DNA of 62,783 nucleotides, filler included, from Choristocarpus tenellus KU-1152 (lineage: Eukaryota; Protista; Phaeophyceae), in assembly GCA_964200185.2 (NCBI GenBank). It is 13 parts of 13 records of this genome, joined end to end, with 100 filler letters (N's around TTAATTAATTAA, not from the genome) between each part and the next. Parts side by side here need not be neighbours in the genome. Positions count along the whole stretch, not along the records: positions 24,910 to 36,239 come from CAXNAD020002383.1; positions 36,340 to 40,038 come from CAXNAD020018439.1; positions 40,139 to 46,704 come from CAXNAD020007856.1; positions 46,805 to 51,864 come from CAXNAD020012004.1; 9 more parts are not named here. One strand, written 5' to 3'. Under the pieces are notes generated by a model. It searched no databases, had not been told where the DNA came from, and was given only the letters and a program-made list of their open reading frames with translations. A program made the translations under genes and the position numbers. Numbering within the stretch: the first letter of the stretch is position 1; every line of letters starts with the position of its first letter. This document shows positions 36,042 to 47,545 of the stretch, one piece after another.

Positions 36042-39000
36042 CTGTGTTGGTGATGGAGCAGAACACAAAGACCACAACATAACATAGCAGGGGATGAGAG
36101 GTTTCCCTATATGGCTAGAGAGACAAAAAAAAAAGGTATATGTCCATGCAGAGTTGAAGAGAGCAAGGAATCGAAGAACACAACTGCTGCTTAGCTCAAG
36201 CGAGAGAGGGGGGTGATAGAAATTCAAAGGTGCTGGGGGNNNNNNNNNNNNNNNNNNNNNNNNNNNNNNNNNNNNNNNNNNNNTTAATTAATTAANNNNN
36301 NNNNNNNNNNNNNNNNNNNNNNNNNNNNNNNNNNNNNNNCCCCCCACCCACTCCACTCCAAGAGACTCTCGTGAAGGATGTTTGCTATGTTGATAGTATT
36401 GTAAACCGTAGTGATTGAATTGCCTCCCATGGTTTGAATCAGAACAAAGCTTAAAGTGGTGGACTAATGTTTGAGAGGACCTCGGCAATTTCCTGCCTGT
36501 CTATTTGTGCACTATGATTACCTTTGAATTGTAGTCGGGTACATGATTTTTAGCTACTTCAAATATTTTTAATTCATGTGTAGCTGCAACTTCTAAACTG
36601 TTTAAGGATGACGCAATGTATTTGGTGACTCTTGACTGGAAAATATATATATTTATTCGTAGTTACAGGCGACATAAAATAACCACTTTTTCTGGTGAGA
36701 TTTCATGTTCTTAAAACTAATATTCCATCTGCAATTTAATCTGCTTCTACTCACAGATTGTTCTGGTTTGGGCTTTGAATCCTCAAGGCATAACATCCCG
36801 CCAACTTTTGGAGGGGATTCCAGTTTGTTTTACTTTGAAGCGAATGAATACTGTTGTACTGATATTATTCCGAGTTCTTTTGATTTGTCATTGGCAGTTA
36901 CATAGTGTAACCGAAGGGACACTATGTATTTGTTGATGCTCTTTGATGCAGTACCATCCCAATACTTCAGTATAATTTTCTTTTGTCACAGGTTTGGTTG
37001 CATTGTTGCTGTACTACTACAAGGCTATAGTTCAATACTGCACTGTTTTGTATGACTTTTTTTCACCTGCCTTCTACCTCCCTCATGGGTCAGGTCCGTG
37101 TTGGAAATTATCAACAATTGGTATCATTCTTCGCAAAGTATAGACTCTGCTGTCAGTCACTCCCCTCTGCCCCTCTCGTTTTCTGCCCCTGCCCTGTGCC
37201 CTGTGATCGATCGCATTGCCCCTGTGTCTTGCTGTGTATGTACATGTGCAGTGGGAGCTTATTGGTGTGTTTCTTTATTTTGTTTGCCTGGAGGTTCTGC
37301 CCATGTCAGTTGTCTTTTTGCAAAATCGGAAATCCCTGGTTGCCTTCCAGCGATCACCTTCGCCAGAGCTAGATTCGTTGCTTAGACCGAGCAGTCCTCA
37401 AGAAGGCTCAAGAATTGAGGATGAATTTGAAATACCTTCAGGAGACCTCAGGAGGGCAGTTGGTTTCAGCTAGTGGTGGTAGAACATGCATCCGTGTTTG
37501 CACAGGCATGAGAGTGGGTTTGCCGCCTGCAGCATGTGATGTTCAGCAATGCATTGATGTGACACGGGGGGAGGGGGGGGGGGAGAGAGATGGAAGGGGA
37601 AGGTTTTGTTTTTGTCCTATGACCTGTTCGTTGGTTTTGCCTGTGAAGCTGTAAGATGTATCGTGGAGAATTCAGTTTTACTCTTGAAGCATGATAGATG
37701 CCTCCTTGAAGCATGTTACAGATTGGTGTTTAAGTGAGAGTGTGGTGGAGTGTAAACTGTGTTACTTGTTCAATGATGTTGGCTGCACTTTGTGAAGTAA
37801 GACCTCGCACTGACATCGTTTTTTCATGTGAATTGGGACAGGAAGAGTTCTCTGTGTTGCTGTTGGTGTGTGTGTATGGATGGTGTAATGTTGTTTTGCA
37901 GTGGAAAGATTGTTGTGTATGGATGTGGGAGGTAGATGATCACATTGTCTCCACCTTGGTCACCTACCTACTTCCTGTATGATCGAGTGGAAAAATTGTG
38001 ATATTTGTGGGGACAGAGAGGTAGATTCGGAGGTGTTCCTTGTGCTGGTATTAGTAGTAGGTTTGAAGTGCAACAGAGTGTCACGCATTGAAGTAATGAT
38101 TGCATTCACAACTGTAGTCACTCTCAGCATGTATTTGTGGGGAACATATTGTAAGCATGCAATGGTAATAGTGCGGTGGGTCCTGCCTTAGGAGGATGGC
38201 AAGAGATGATGCCACTAGTGGACTGATTACCAAATTTCTGCGACGATCGATGCAAGTACCATAGTGTGTCTATTTAGAGCTCTAGTGCAGACTGTGCTCG
38301 ATACTTCCCTATCATTCCCCTTCCCCCTTCTCACTTGAAACAAAATAACATTTTATGATAGTGCAGTAGAACAATTAGGGATATTCTTTGGTTTTGAGGC
38401 AGCACCAATAAAGAACAGTAGTCTTGGGTGTGCCTACAGCATTAAGAACATAAAAAACAAAGGCCTGGTGATGGCTTTACTTATCGCCTAAACATGTTCT
38501 CTGTGACTTTGGAACTACTGAGCTATTACTACATGAGAAGTAAAAGCACCATCGTTAAACGAATACTTGTGGTGATGACAATGGGATTGAAAATCCTTGC
38601 ATAGGTCGGGAGGGTTCTATGTGACACGCCCTTCTGAAAGACGGTAATATATTCAGCCACACAACATCAATCTGATGAAATTGAGACAGTAAACCCACTT
38701 GGGAGTTGTGCATATTTGGATGTAAGTACTGCTGACTATATATAGGCTTATCATTTTCGTAATGGGCTCTAAAGCATGTTTTCTAATATCTGCAGCGTGC
38801 CACAGGTTCTGCTGGTGAAGTGGCACGATCACAACCTGTACTTTTGGGTGGTTCTCTCAGTGCAACTTGTAGTGATAAACTCTCAACCCTCTTCTTGTAA
38901 ACAGAGATTCTTTACTAAGCTGAACAGTCAGCAAGAAAATGAAGCATAAAAGTAATGCCTGAAAGCAGTAGTGGTGACCATGTATACATGTGTGTAGCTG

Positions 39001-39821
39001 GACAAACCACCCAGAACACTGTTTTTGGCACTTTGTAGGGCAGTTTGAGATAGTCCATTATTGTACTTGGAATAGAGCTTCCTACAGTGCGACCTACTTC
39101 ATGCCTGTATCGTGAAATCTATACGCCACACCCAACATCAACAAGGCGATGTAAGGTTCGACGATATTCACGTTACTCTTGAAGATTCGGCCATGTTCAA
39201 CCTGTATGTTTTATCAACGGCAACAGTGCACAGTCAATTAATTGGCCTTGTAGTTTACATTACCAGACAAACTTTTTGTTGATTGGTCTACAAGACCTGT
39301 TCGTTGTTCGTATGTTTCTGAGTCCACTTGCTCTGCTGTTTAAAAGGTTCACTGTCTAGTATTATTAATAATAGTCTTGTGACTAATGTCCATTGTCAGG
39401 GGGCAACACTCAGTACCAATTCATTTGCTCGGAAATATCTGCAGTCCAGAAGAACACCAACACCTATTTGCTCCGATAATATTTCACACACTAGTTCGAG
39501 GTTTGAGAGGTTGTGAAACGCAAGGTTTTTCAGTGGAATGAGCCGTAGGCCACCCGCAGGTCAACTGCAGTTACAATCTCTGACCGTCCTGCGCTGGACT
39601 TATAAAATACTTCGCACCAGTGTTGGCCTGCGACCCAGTCCAGATAGAATCTCTGACAGTCCTGAACCGGTCCTGTTGACTTTATTTACTGAGGCCGACC
39701 TGCTGCCTGGTCTGGTTAAAATCTCTGACGATCCTGGATTTTAAAAAAATTAAGCAGACAGGTCCATTAAAGGTGGGTAGGGTTGACCCGATCAAAAGAC
39801 GCCAGGCCAACTCCAGAAGAA

Positions 39822-39965
39822 GAGTCAAAGTATCTTAGAAGGTAGAGCCACATCCATTTGGGGGCCAAATTCCAATATTGCGATTTCGATGAAAACTTTG
39901 GCTGTCATGTATGTTAGGAAGTGTCAATTCCCTTGTTCCGGATAAACCTTTTCATAACATACAAT
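39822..39965 (+). mobile_element. MITE family 1, 3'-truncated
   Basis: GAGTCAAAGTATCTTAGAAGGTAGAGCCACATCCATTTGGGG..., homologous to 62509-62765. Confidence 0.85.
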
Positions 39966-40138
39966 TCTGCCACTAACAGCCTCTCACCAAAATTGAGGAT
40001 GGAGCATACTATGGAGGATGGGTTTGACCCAAAATGGTNNNNNNNNNNNNNNNNNNNNNNNNNNNNNNNNNNNNNNNNNNNNTTAATTAATTAANNNNNN
40101 NNNNNNNNNNNNNNNNNNNNNNNNNNNNNNNNNNNNNN

Positions 40139-41919
40139 CAAGGTGCTGCGACCGGCACACATGTCACTTACTGCTGTCTACACGATAAAACACAGTGGCG
40201 GTTTGACTTGCCTCGCAAGCAGACGGATGCATAGCCCCTGCATCAGAGAAGTGAAGCCGGCAAACTCCTCGTGAGTCAGATAGCTCAGTGTGACCGCGTT
40301 GTGGTTGACCTGTGGTGACGAGGTCTCACACACTTCCTTCAGTACCTCGGAGGACTCTGGTTGAAGGGACTTTACGCCTTGCTGCCAGTTTCGTAGAGTT
40401 GTTTTCGGTGGGGGAGTAACACCCACCTTCGTGATGGGCAGAAAAGAAAAATATCATGCACCCAGCCAGCCAGGATGAGGCATCAATATTACCACGCCAA
40501 CGGGGTATGTATGAGTGGGGGGGGGTGTTATTCAGCGGCCTGGCCTAATGACAGAACTAACAAGAACGCTTTTTAGTATTCGTGTATATGCAACACAGAC
40601 ACAGCATGTGGTTGTCCACGAAGGAGAGGGTTTGGTTCACAAAATGATGCATCATGCATTTATTATCTCAGACAACACCGCAACGGTCCGGGTAAGGAGT
40701 GGTGGACCTTACCCGGGGGAGNNNNNNNNNNCGCAGGGGGGGGGGTGGGGTGGGGGGCGCCTTGGGGGGGGGGGGGGGGGGGGGGGGGTATGATACTCAG
40801 CGGCTTGGCCTACCTAGTGCTGAAAGAAAAAACTGTTCACTTCGTCTGTGATTTTGCACACACACATACTACATGGTCACCCGAAAATCAAGTATTTGGT
40901 TGACAGGGTCACTAAACACGGGATAACTATCTGTGAAAAGGAGGACACAGAGAGATCTTCACAACAGCTGTAACCCAACAAGAGGAGGAGTAGAGCGCCA
41001 CCATCCCACCAACGTTGACAACCTGCTCACCTTTTTGTACATTTTGCGGATCTCTGCAAGTGACACTTCTTTCTTCTTCGTCCGGCGCTCGATAACTTCC
41101 CGGAGCTCGCGCTGACAATATACCTTATCGTACAGCGTGCGCTCAACCACACTCTCGGTCGCGTCATTCAATGCTATAAGCGTGGCTGTGCAGTGGGCGA
41201 GCGGGGCAAGGGGTAGGTGGGAAGCGGTCGTGGGACACACGCGGCAGGCAGTAGTGAGCAACATGTTGCTGCTGACAGAAAGACCATGAGGGATAAAAAA
41301 GATCAACAACAAAAAGATCAACAAGCTGACTGACGATGAACTAAACAAAGGAAACACGGCAACAACTTAGTAGATCAGAAGAGTCATCAGGCGATCATGG
41401 AACAACGACAGCACTCAACTTACTTAGTTGATCAGAAGAGTCAGGCAATCATGGAACAACGACAACACTCCATCACTCACCGTTGGCAATTAGCCTCTCT
41501 TCTGCTTGGTTGAACTCCATGTAGACCCGCATCATGAAAGCGCGTTCATGATCAAACTCTCTCTTCAACACCGTTAGTCTATGGTTTCCGTCCAGTGTGC
41601 ATCCTTGAACGGCAAACGCGGCGTCGGCGGTGAGCTGGTCCCCATTGCCTAAGCAGTCTCGTTGGATGACGATGGATGGAGCAAACTGCTCGAGCCAGCC
41701 CTTTTCACGGATAGACTTGCTGATGCGCGCAAGGCCACGCTCGCTCAGGGGCCGCACCATCTCCGTGCACGTGATATTGCCGAGTTTCATCTTGTACATG
41801 CTGAGGTAGTGCTGTTCGAGGAGCAAGGACATGCCCTTGGCATTGCTGTCCGACGCTCTCGATCCGTGGGCAGTGCCATTGGTGCGCGGGGGGGTCGTTG
41901 TTGAGCGAATGTTGGACAT
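40139..41919 (-). CDS. 5' part of the TE-borne ParB/Srx-like plus HTH-like gene; exons 41919-41481, 41185-41031, 40426-?
   Basis: VRPLSERGLARISKSIREKGWLEQFAPSIVI...LDGNHRLTVLK...RVYMEFNQAEERLIAN|ATLIALND...TLYDKV...VSLAEIRKMYKK|VGVTPPPKTTLRNW. This fits the ParB N-terminal pattern (L..SI...G...P.V...DG.HR) followed by a helical region. Exons splice in phase. Stop codons near 40160-40180 suggest decay or a further intron. Confidence 0.75.
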
Positions 41920-42249
41920 GGCGAAGATTGGGAAGGTGTGACGAGGATAGATAAGAAAGAGCTGCTGGTGGTATGTGCGGAAGGGAAGGAATGGAAATGA
42001 GGAGTGAGGGCTGGGAGGTGCTGCTTTAATGTATGTTATATCCTCCACCACCGCATAGTCGGGTGCTGTAAGCTCCTCCCTCTTTTGTTCCCCCCCTGCC
42101 ACGCACATGCAGTCGCTTTTTTAAGTACAAACCACTGAGCGTGTTGGGGAGATAGATGATGAAAGATCACACAAAATAAAGAAAATAACATCGATGTTTG
42201 GCGTCGAGCGCACATACGTATATATGGATGGGAGCAACTGTCATGGTGT

Positions 42250-42560
42250 TTCCAGGCAACAGGCGGTCTTGGGCAGTGAGAAGGTCTAGGAGTGAATTGA
42301 GTTTGAAGAGACCCGTTGGACCAAAATGAAATCTGTTTTCTGGAAAACGCGTTTATTCTAGCTGTGATGAAATAAAAACTAGATTCTATTCTGCTTTCAG
42401 GCAACAGGCGGTCTTGGGCACGATTGAATTGAATTCGAAGTCGGGCATACGATGTTTGAGTTTCAAGTGATCCGTCGGACCAGCCTGAAATCCATGGACT
42501 GGAAAATACGTGTATTCTGGTTATTATGAACTAAAAATTAGATTATATTCATAATTTCAA
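42250..42560. repeat. Two diverged tandem copies of a ~150-bp unit between the inverted ParB-like copies
   Basis: CAGGCAACAGGCGGTCTTGGGCA at about 42253 and 42398, each followed by GGACCA...GAAATC...CTGGAAAA...TATTCT...TAAAAA.TAGATT.TATTC. Confidence 0.8.
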
Positions 42561-42863
42561 AATAAAAATATAAACCACATACTTAATTGATCTGATATGT
42601 TTGAAATGTTCCGAAACGAAAAGGCAAAAAAAAATGATACTCTATTTGTTTTAAATATGAAATCATACACTGTTCGATATTCATATTTTTTGGAATACAA
42701 TTATCAACAGAAAGAGAACGTTGAGTTTCTTGGGGATCGACGGACCAGATGAAATAAAGGAGCACCTCCCAGCCCTCACTCCTCATTTCCATTTCTTCCC
42801 TTCCGCACATACCACCAGCAGCTCTTTCTTATCTATCCTCGTCACACCTTCCCAATCTTCGCC

Positions 42864-43215
42864 ATGTCCAACATTCGCTCAACAATGACCCCCCCACGTG
42901 CCAATGGCGCTGCCCACGGATCGAGAGCGTCGGATGGCACTACCTCAGCATGTACAAGATGAAACTCGGCAACATCATGTGCACGGAGATGGTGCAGCCC
43001 CTGAGCGAGCCTGGCCTTGTGCGCGTCAGCAAGTCTATCCGTAAAAAGGGCTGGCTCGAGCAGTTTGCTCCGTCCATCATCATCCAACGAGACTGCTTAG
43101 GCAACGGGGACCAGCTCACCGCCGACATCGCGCTTGCCGTTCAAGGACGCACACTGGACGGAAACCATAGAATAACGGTGTTGAAGAAAGAGTTTGACCA
43201 CGAACGCGCTTTCAA
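42864..43215 (+). pseudogene. Third ParB/Srx-like exon-1 copy, inverted, internally deleted and 3'-truncated
   Basis: MVQPLSEPGLVRVSKSIRKKGWLEQFAPSIIIQ...LDGNHRITVLKKEFDHERAF. Upstream 42583-42863 matches the reverse complement of the 15520-15800 spacer. Confidence 0.85.
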
Positions 43216-43952
43216 TTCAAGCAAGCAAGCCAACGCAGGGCATAGATGTACACAACGATCAGACGAAATCGTTGCCGCCCCCCACACACTGTCCTACTAC
43301 CACCTTCGTCGGGATGGATTCCATTCGTAGCGGGGCCAACATTAAAAAAAAAACATATGTGCACTTTCCGCACACCAATCCACGTCTCGCTCCTCAATTT
43401 CGATGATCGGCTGTTTAGTGTGCAATAATAGGGAAAAGAGGAAGATCTGTTTTGTAGGTCTGTTGGTGGTGGTACAAGTCCCTCAACCAATGGAGTCAAG
43501 GAGAACATAAGGGAGGAACAGATCAGATACGGGATTTAATCCAGGGAAAGAATAGAGATCGAAAGCAAGCCAGAGTATGGAAGAGAGGAAAAGTGATTGG
43601 AGATGGAAAACAAAAAAAGGCTTCAATGATCTTGTTCTCCTTCCTCAGGAAGTAACATACAGTATACTAGAACCCGTGGTTAGAAAGTGGATGCAGAAGA
43701 AAATAAAAGAAATTAGGAGACCTAATACTATGTCCTGTGTGCGAAAAAAGGCAGATCAGTAATATAGGTCTCTATAGAGGAGAAAATAAATTGGGGAGCC
43801 CAGAATAGATTAATCTACGTATCAGATGTTACATGTCATGTCCATACATGATCGAAAATTAGAATAACAGAAAGAATACCACAATATTCAGTGACTATAT
43901 TGTATTGTTTTAACTAAAGCATGGTTGATGTTCAAGGATGGGCTTTTTTCAT

Positions 43953-44131
43953 GACCCAAAGTATCTGGGCGAGGGGGGTGTCTACACAAGAGTGTCCATT
44001 TGGACCAGAATCGGGAAAAGTGCATTTGCATTATCCATCCGACGTATGGCAATCAAATAACCCAAAAATCGCGATATAAAAAAATTGACCCCAAATGGAC
44101 AGCCGCCAAACCCTCCCAGATACTTTGAGCC
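43953..44131 (+). mobile_element. MITE family 2 (G-rich TIR), complete
   Basis: GACCCAAAGTATCTGGG...CCCAGATACTTTGAGCC with the 4-bp TSD TCAT/TCAT. Confidence 0.88.
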
Positions 44132-44379
44132 TCATATCAATTGCCATAATTGGTTCAAGAAGGGAGATATGCTCACGTATGTACTTCGTAGCACATCCAG
44201 GTTAAGTCCTCAAACCCTCTGCATACAACCAGTTCCCATCAGTACCAAGAAGAGAATCCTAAGCTAGGGGAATGAGCCCAGTCGTGTCCCCTCTAAAAGA
44301 AGAAAATGAGAAAAAGCCCAGCAGATATCATATATCATATAGTTCATTGCCAAGGCTGCACTTCTGCGTGACAGGCTAA

Positions 44380-45430
44380 GCCTGCTTCAACCCCAACAGT
44401 ATGCCTGCTGAGTATTCATGAACAACTTTGCTCCATCTTTCACATACCTGTGCGACCTGTTTAAGTCTTGTAGAGGTGAAACCCACTTATGAGGTGCAAT
44501 ATTGAAGGTCTTCAAATCACCTTGGATGCACCACCAAGAGGTTTTCTCGGGACCTCCCCTCTATCCCTTTGGTTTCTCAGCAGTGAGTTCTCCAAGTATA
44601 GAGTTCTTAGGCTAGTGATCATCATCCATTCGACACCTGCAAATAGTAGCCTACCTTCGCAGATAATGGCCTCAATACATTCACATCCATCTCTCGTTAA
44701 TGGGTTTTTTCTCTGTGCGATATGGGATGATCCATACGTTTCAATTTGTGAAACCCAGCAGAGTGCTGTAGGAATCTATAGTGTTGGGCACGGAGTTGGG
44801 TGTAGTGATCATTTTTAGGTGCCCACGTCATGCAGCCATGAGCAGAGTCTCGAGCACTTCGACTATGAGCGTCTGAATCATCTGAATCTAAAACCCAAGT
44901 GATACACCCACCACTTGGTCATACATCTCTCTTTGCAGTGCTTGTAGAGCTAAACTTAAGAGCTTCTTGAGAAGAAAGGAATCGCGTGAAAATGGAGGGT
45001 TTGAGTTGATACTATTCTTCTGATACCTAATCTAATCCAGTATACTGGCTGTCTTCTTCTCCATCGCAGCAAAGAGTGGAAGTAAATTTCCCTTGAATAT
45101 TCAAGTAACCTTATCAATTGAGGAGAAACAAAACCATCCTTTTGATGGAAGATCCTTCCCCTCAACCTATTACACGTACCGTGTTCTTCCCATTCACCCA
45201 CTTTAGGCTTACATGCTGCAGGAGTATTCTTTCAGAACAGGCTCACCATTCGGCACAGGGCAATAATGTGCGCCATGTTGAGCAAAATATGTGTGTGCTT
45301 TTTTTTCACCTTCAAAATATGACCTATCAAGCAGTTGGGGGTACCTGCAACTTGGTCCGTATTGGTAACAGTTCTGCTGATATTGAGGCCATCGAATGTG
45401 TTATGCTGTTTGCCCTAACCCATGCGCCCA
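44380..45430 (-). mobile_element. Degenerate RTE-clade LINE, 3' part of the RT ORF
   Basis: Broken minus-strand translation: VEVLETL.HGCMTWAPKNDHYTQLRAQHYRFL, GCECIEAIICEGRLLFAGV..MDDDH*PKNSILGEL...RGGPEKTSWWCIQGDLKTFNI...W. This is typical of RTE C-termini. Confidence 0.7.
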
Positions 45431-45635
45431 GAACCTTACGTGGATCAATGTTCTAAAGGAATACCACCGTGCTGACAATGTATGGTTGACCTTGCATGCA
45501 GATATAAAATGCAGAGTACGTATAGTAGTATTTTTATTGGAGGCAAATGGTAAGTAGTTATTGTTGCTGATTTGAGAGAATAGGGTTGGAAATATAGACA
45601 GGAACACACCCACACGCACACGCACACACACAAAA

Positions 45636-45915
45636 GGTTCAAAGTATCTGGGGGGAGGAGGCTGTTCATTTGGGGCCCATTTTTCGATGTCGCGATTTTT
45701 GGGTAACTTGGTTGCATGCGTCCGATGGGTAATGTAAGTGCACTTCTCCTGATCAGGGCCCAAATGGACACCCTGGTGTAGACCCAACATGCCGGCCCCT
45801 CCCCCAACCACGCCCCTGACCGAGGTGGTGTATGTAAATGCCCTTCGCCCCAACCGGGCCGCAAAGGACACCCCGGGGGAGCCCCCCCCCCCCCCCCCCC
45901 CAGATACTTTGGGCC
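45636..45915 (-). mobile_element. MITE family 2, longer variant
   Basis: GGTTCAAAGTATCTGGGGG...CCCCAGATACTTTGGGCC. The internal sequence is the reverse complement of 43953-44131 plus an extra ~100 bp. Confidence 0.82.
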
Positions 45916-46307
45916 TAAGATAATGAATGCTTCATGCAACCCACAAGAGTATTTGTGAATGTATAGTGTGGCATGGCATGATAAGTGTTGGACCCATTTT
46001 GGTAAGAACTATGCCAATATTAAAGGTATCTATTGTGTGCTATGCTCTTTGCAATAACCCATGCACCCAGAGTCTTGCTTGCATCAATGTTTTAAAGGAA
46101 TGCCGCTGTACAGATTGCGTACAGTCAACTGTGCACGCAGATATAAGGTTAGGGTATGAATAGTCGGTTTGTTTTCTGCTTGGGGTTTTAGCATTTTACC
46201 CTACTAATGATATGCCATGTACTACTACATACTTCCTCCGTTCTGAATTAAATCTAACATAAATTTTGCAAGCTCCATTCTCACCCAGGAATGACCCACG
46301 TGATAAA

Positions 46308-46535
46308 GAGTGAAAGTATCTTAGAGGGCTTGACTTCCCATGGACTCTTTTATGACATTTTCCTACTCCAAAATGTTTCGGAGTAGGGAAAGTGTATACG
46401 CTATGAAAATGTGTGTCCGAAACATGGATATTGATACTTCCTAATGAACATGATGGTCAAAATTACATCAAAATCACAACATTGGATTTTAGCCCTCAAA
46501 AGGACGCGGCTCTACCCTCTAAGATACGTGGGCTC
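46308..46535 (-). mobile_element. MITE family 1, reverse orientation, small internal deletion
   Basis: GAGTGAAAGTATCTTAGAGGG...ACCCTCTAAGATACGTGGGCTC. The TSD is not conserved. Confidence 0.85.
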
Positions 46536-47189
46536 AAACAACCCTCTCTCTGGACGAGGCGTAGTTCTCATATAGATGGGGATGGGTTAGGTGTGGACCC
46601 AAAGTATCTGGGGGGGGGGGGGATTCTACAACAGAGGCAAAGTACCTAAGAGAGTAGAGGGCGGAAGAGCGGCGGGTAGGGAAAGAGGGTAGATCCGGGT
46701 GGTCNNNNNNNNNNNNNNNNNNNNNNNNNNNNNNNNNNNNNNNNNNNNTTAATTAATTAANNNNNNNNNNNNNNNNNNNNNNNNNNNNNNNNNNNNNNNN
46801 NNNNAAAGTACTGTACTGCTGTGTGGTCATGACTCAGGAAGAAAGGCATTTTTCGCGAGAAATGTTTACGCGCGCGCCAAACTCGCGTGAATATATCCCG
46901 AATCTGTACCAGATCGCCCGAGAATTCCGGTACAAAAGTCTATTTTTTGGTGTATGTCGAAAACATCGGTACAAAAATGGGTGTGGTATATAATATTTGG
47001 TACAAAATAGGTTTAGGTACTGTAATTAGTCACAGTTAACGTCCAATAATATCTAGTCAAGACATGTACAAAAAAATAGGTAATTTTGAATGACCAACAA
47101 TTCAACGATTTCGTCCTGAAAAAAACCTTGTTGCGTCGTGGAGGTCTGCAGATACACCCAGATTTTCTCTTCCCTTTGTATAAACTGTT

Positions 47190-47545
47190 GAAACCTGGGA
47201 TTGAATGAATCGTGTTGTTGTACAGTGGTAGGTTGGTTGATTGTGGTGAAGGGGTGTCATAGTCCAATGAAGCACCAGTGAATTCTGGTTGATGAACCTA
47301 GTGACATGTGCATAGTCAAAGATATTTGGTTAAGGTTGTGAGTATTCCTGTGGACGCTCAAAGTAAGGAAGAAGTACATACTCTGAGTAGAGGCTTGACC
47401 CCATATCAAGAAGGGTTATTGAGGATGTTTTAACTCTGAACATAGATAGTAGTAGTACATCCTGTTACTATGTAGATAGAGGTACACTTTGTGCATAGTG
47501 AGCTTGGTGTCTTAGAAGGGGGCAATGCCAGCCAGAAATATATAT
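47190..47545 (+). repeat. Unclassified dispersed repeat; other copies at ~49260-49560 (-) and ~61985-62470 (+)
   Basis: Shared collinear blocks GTCATAGT.CAA..AAGCACCA.TGAATT, GAGGCTTG..C...GAAGGGTT...GGATGTTTTAACT and GAAGGGG.CAATGCCAG.CA.AA. Confidence 0.7.

Noticed and set aside
40139-43215. Bacterial or plasmid contamination as the source of the ParB-like sequence
   Set aside because: It has in-phase GT-AG introns and multiple decayed paralogs, and host MITEs and a LINE lie on the same contigs. No parA or operon structure is present.
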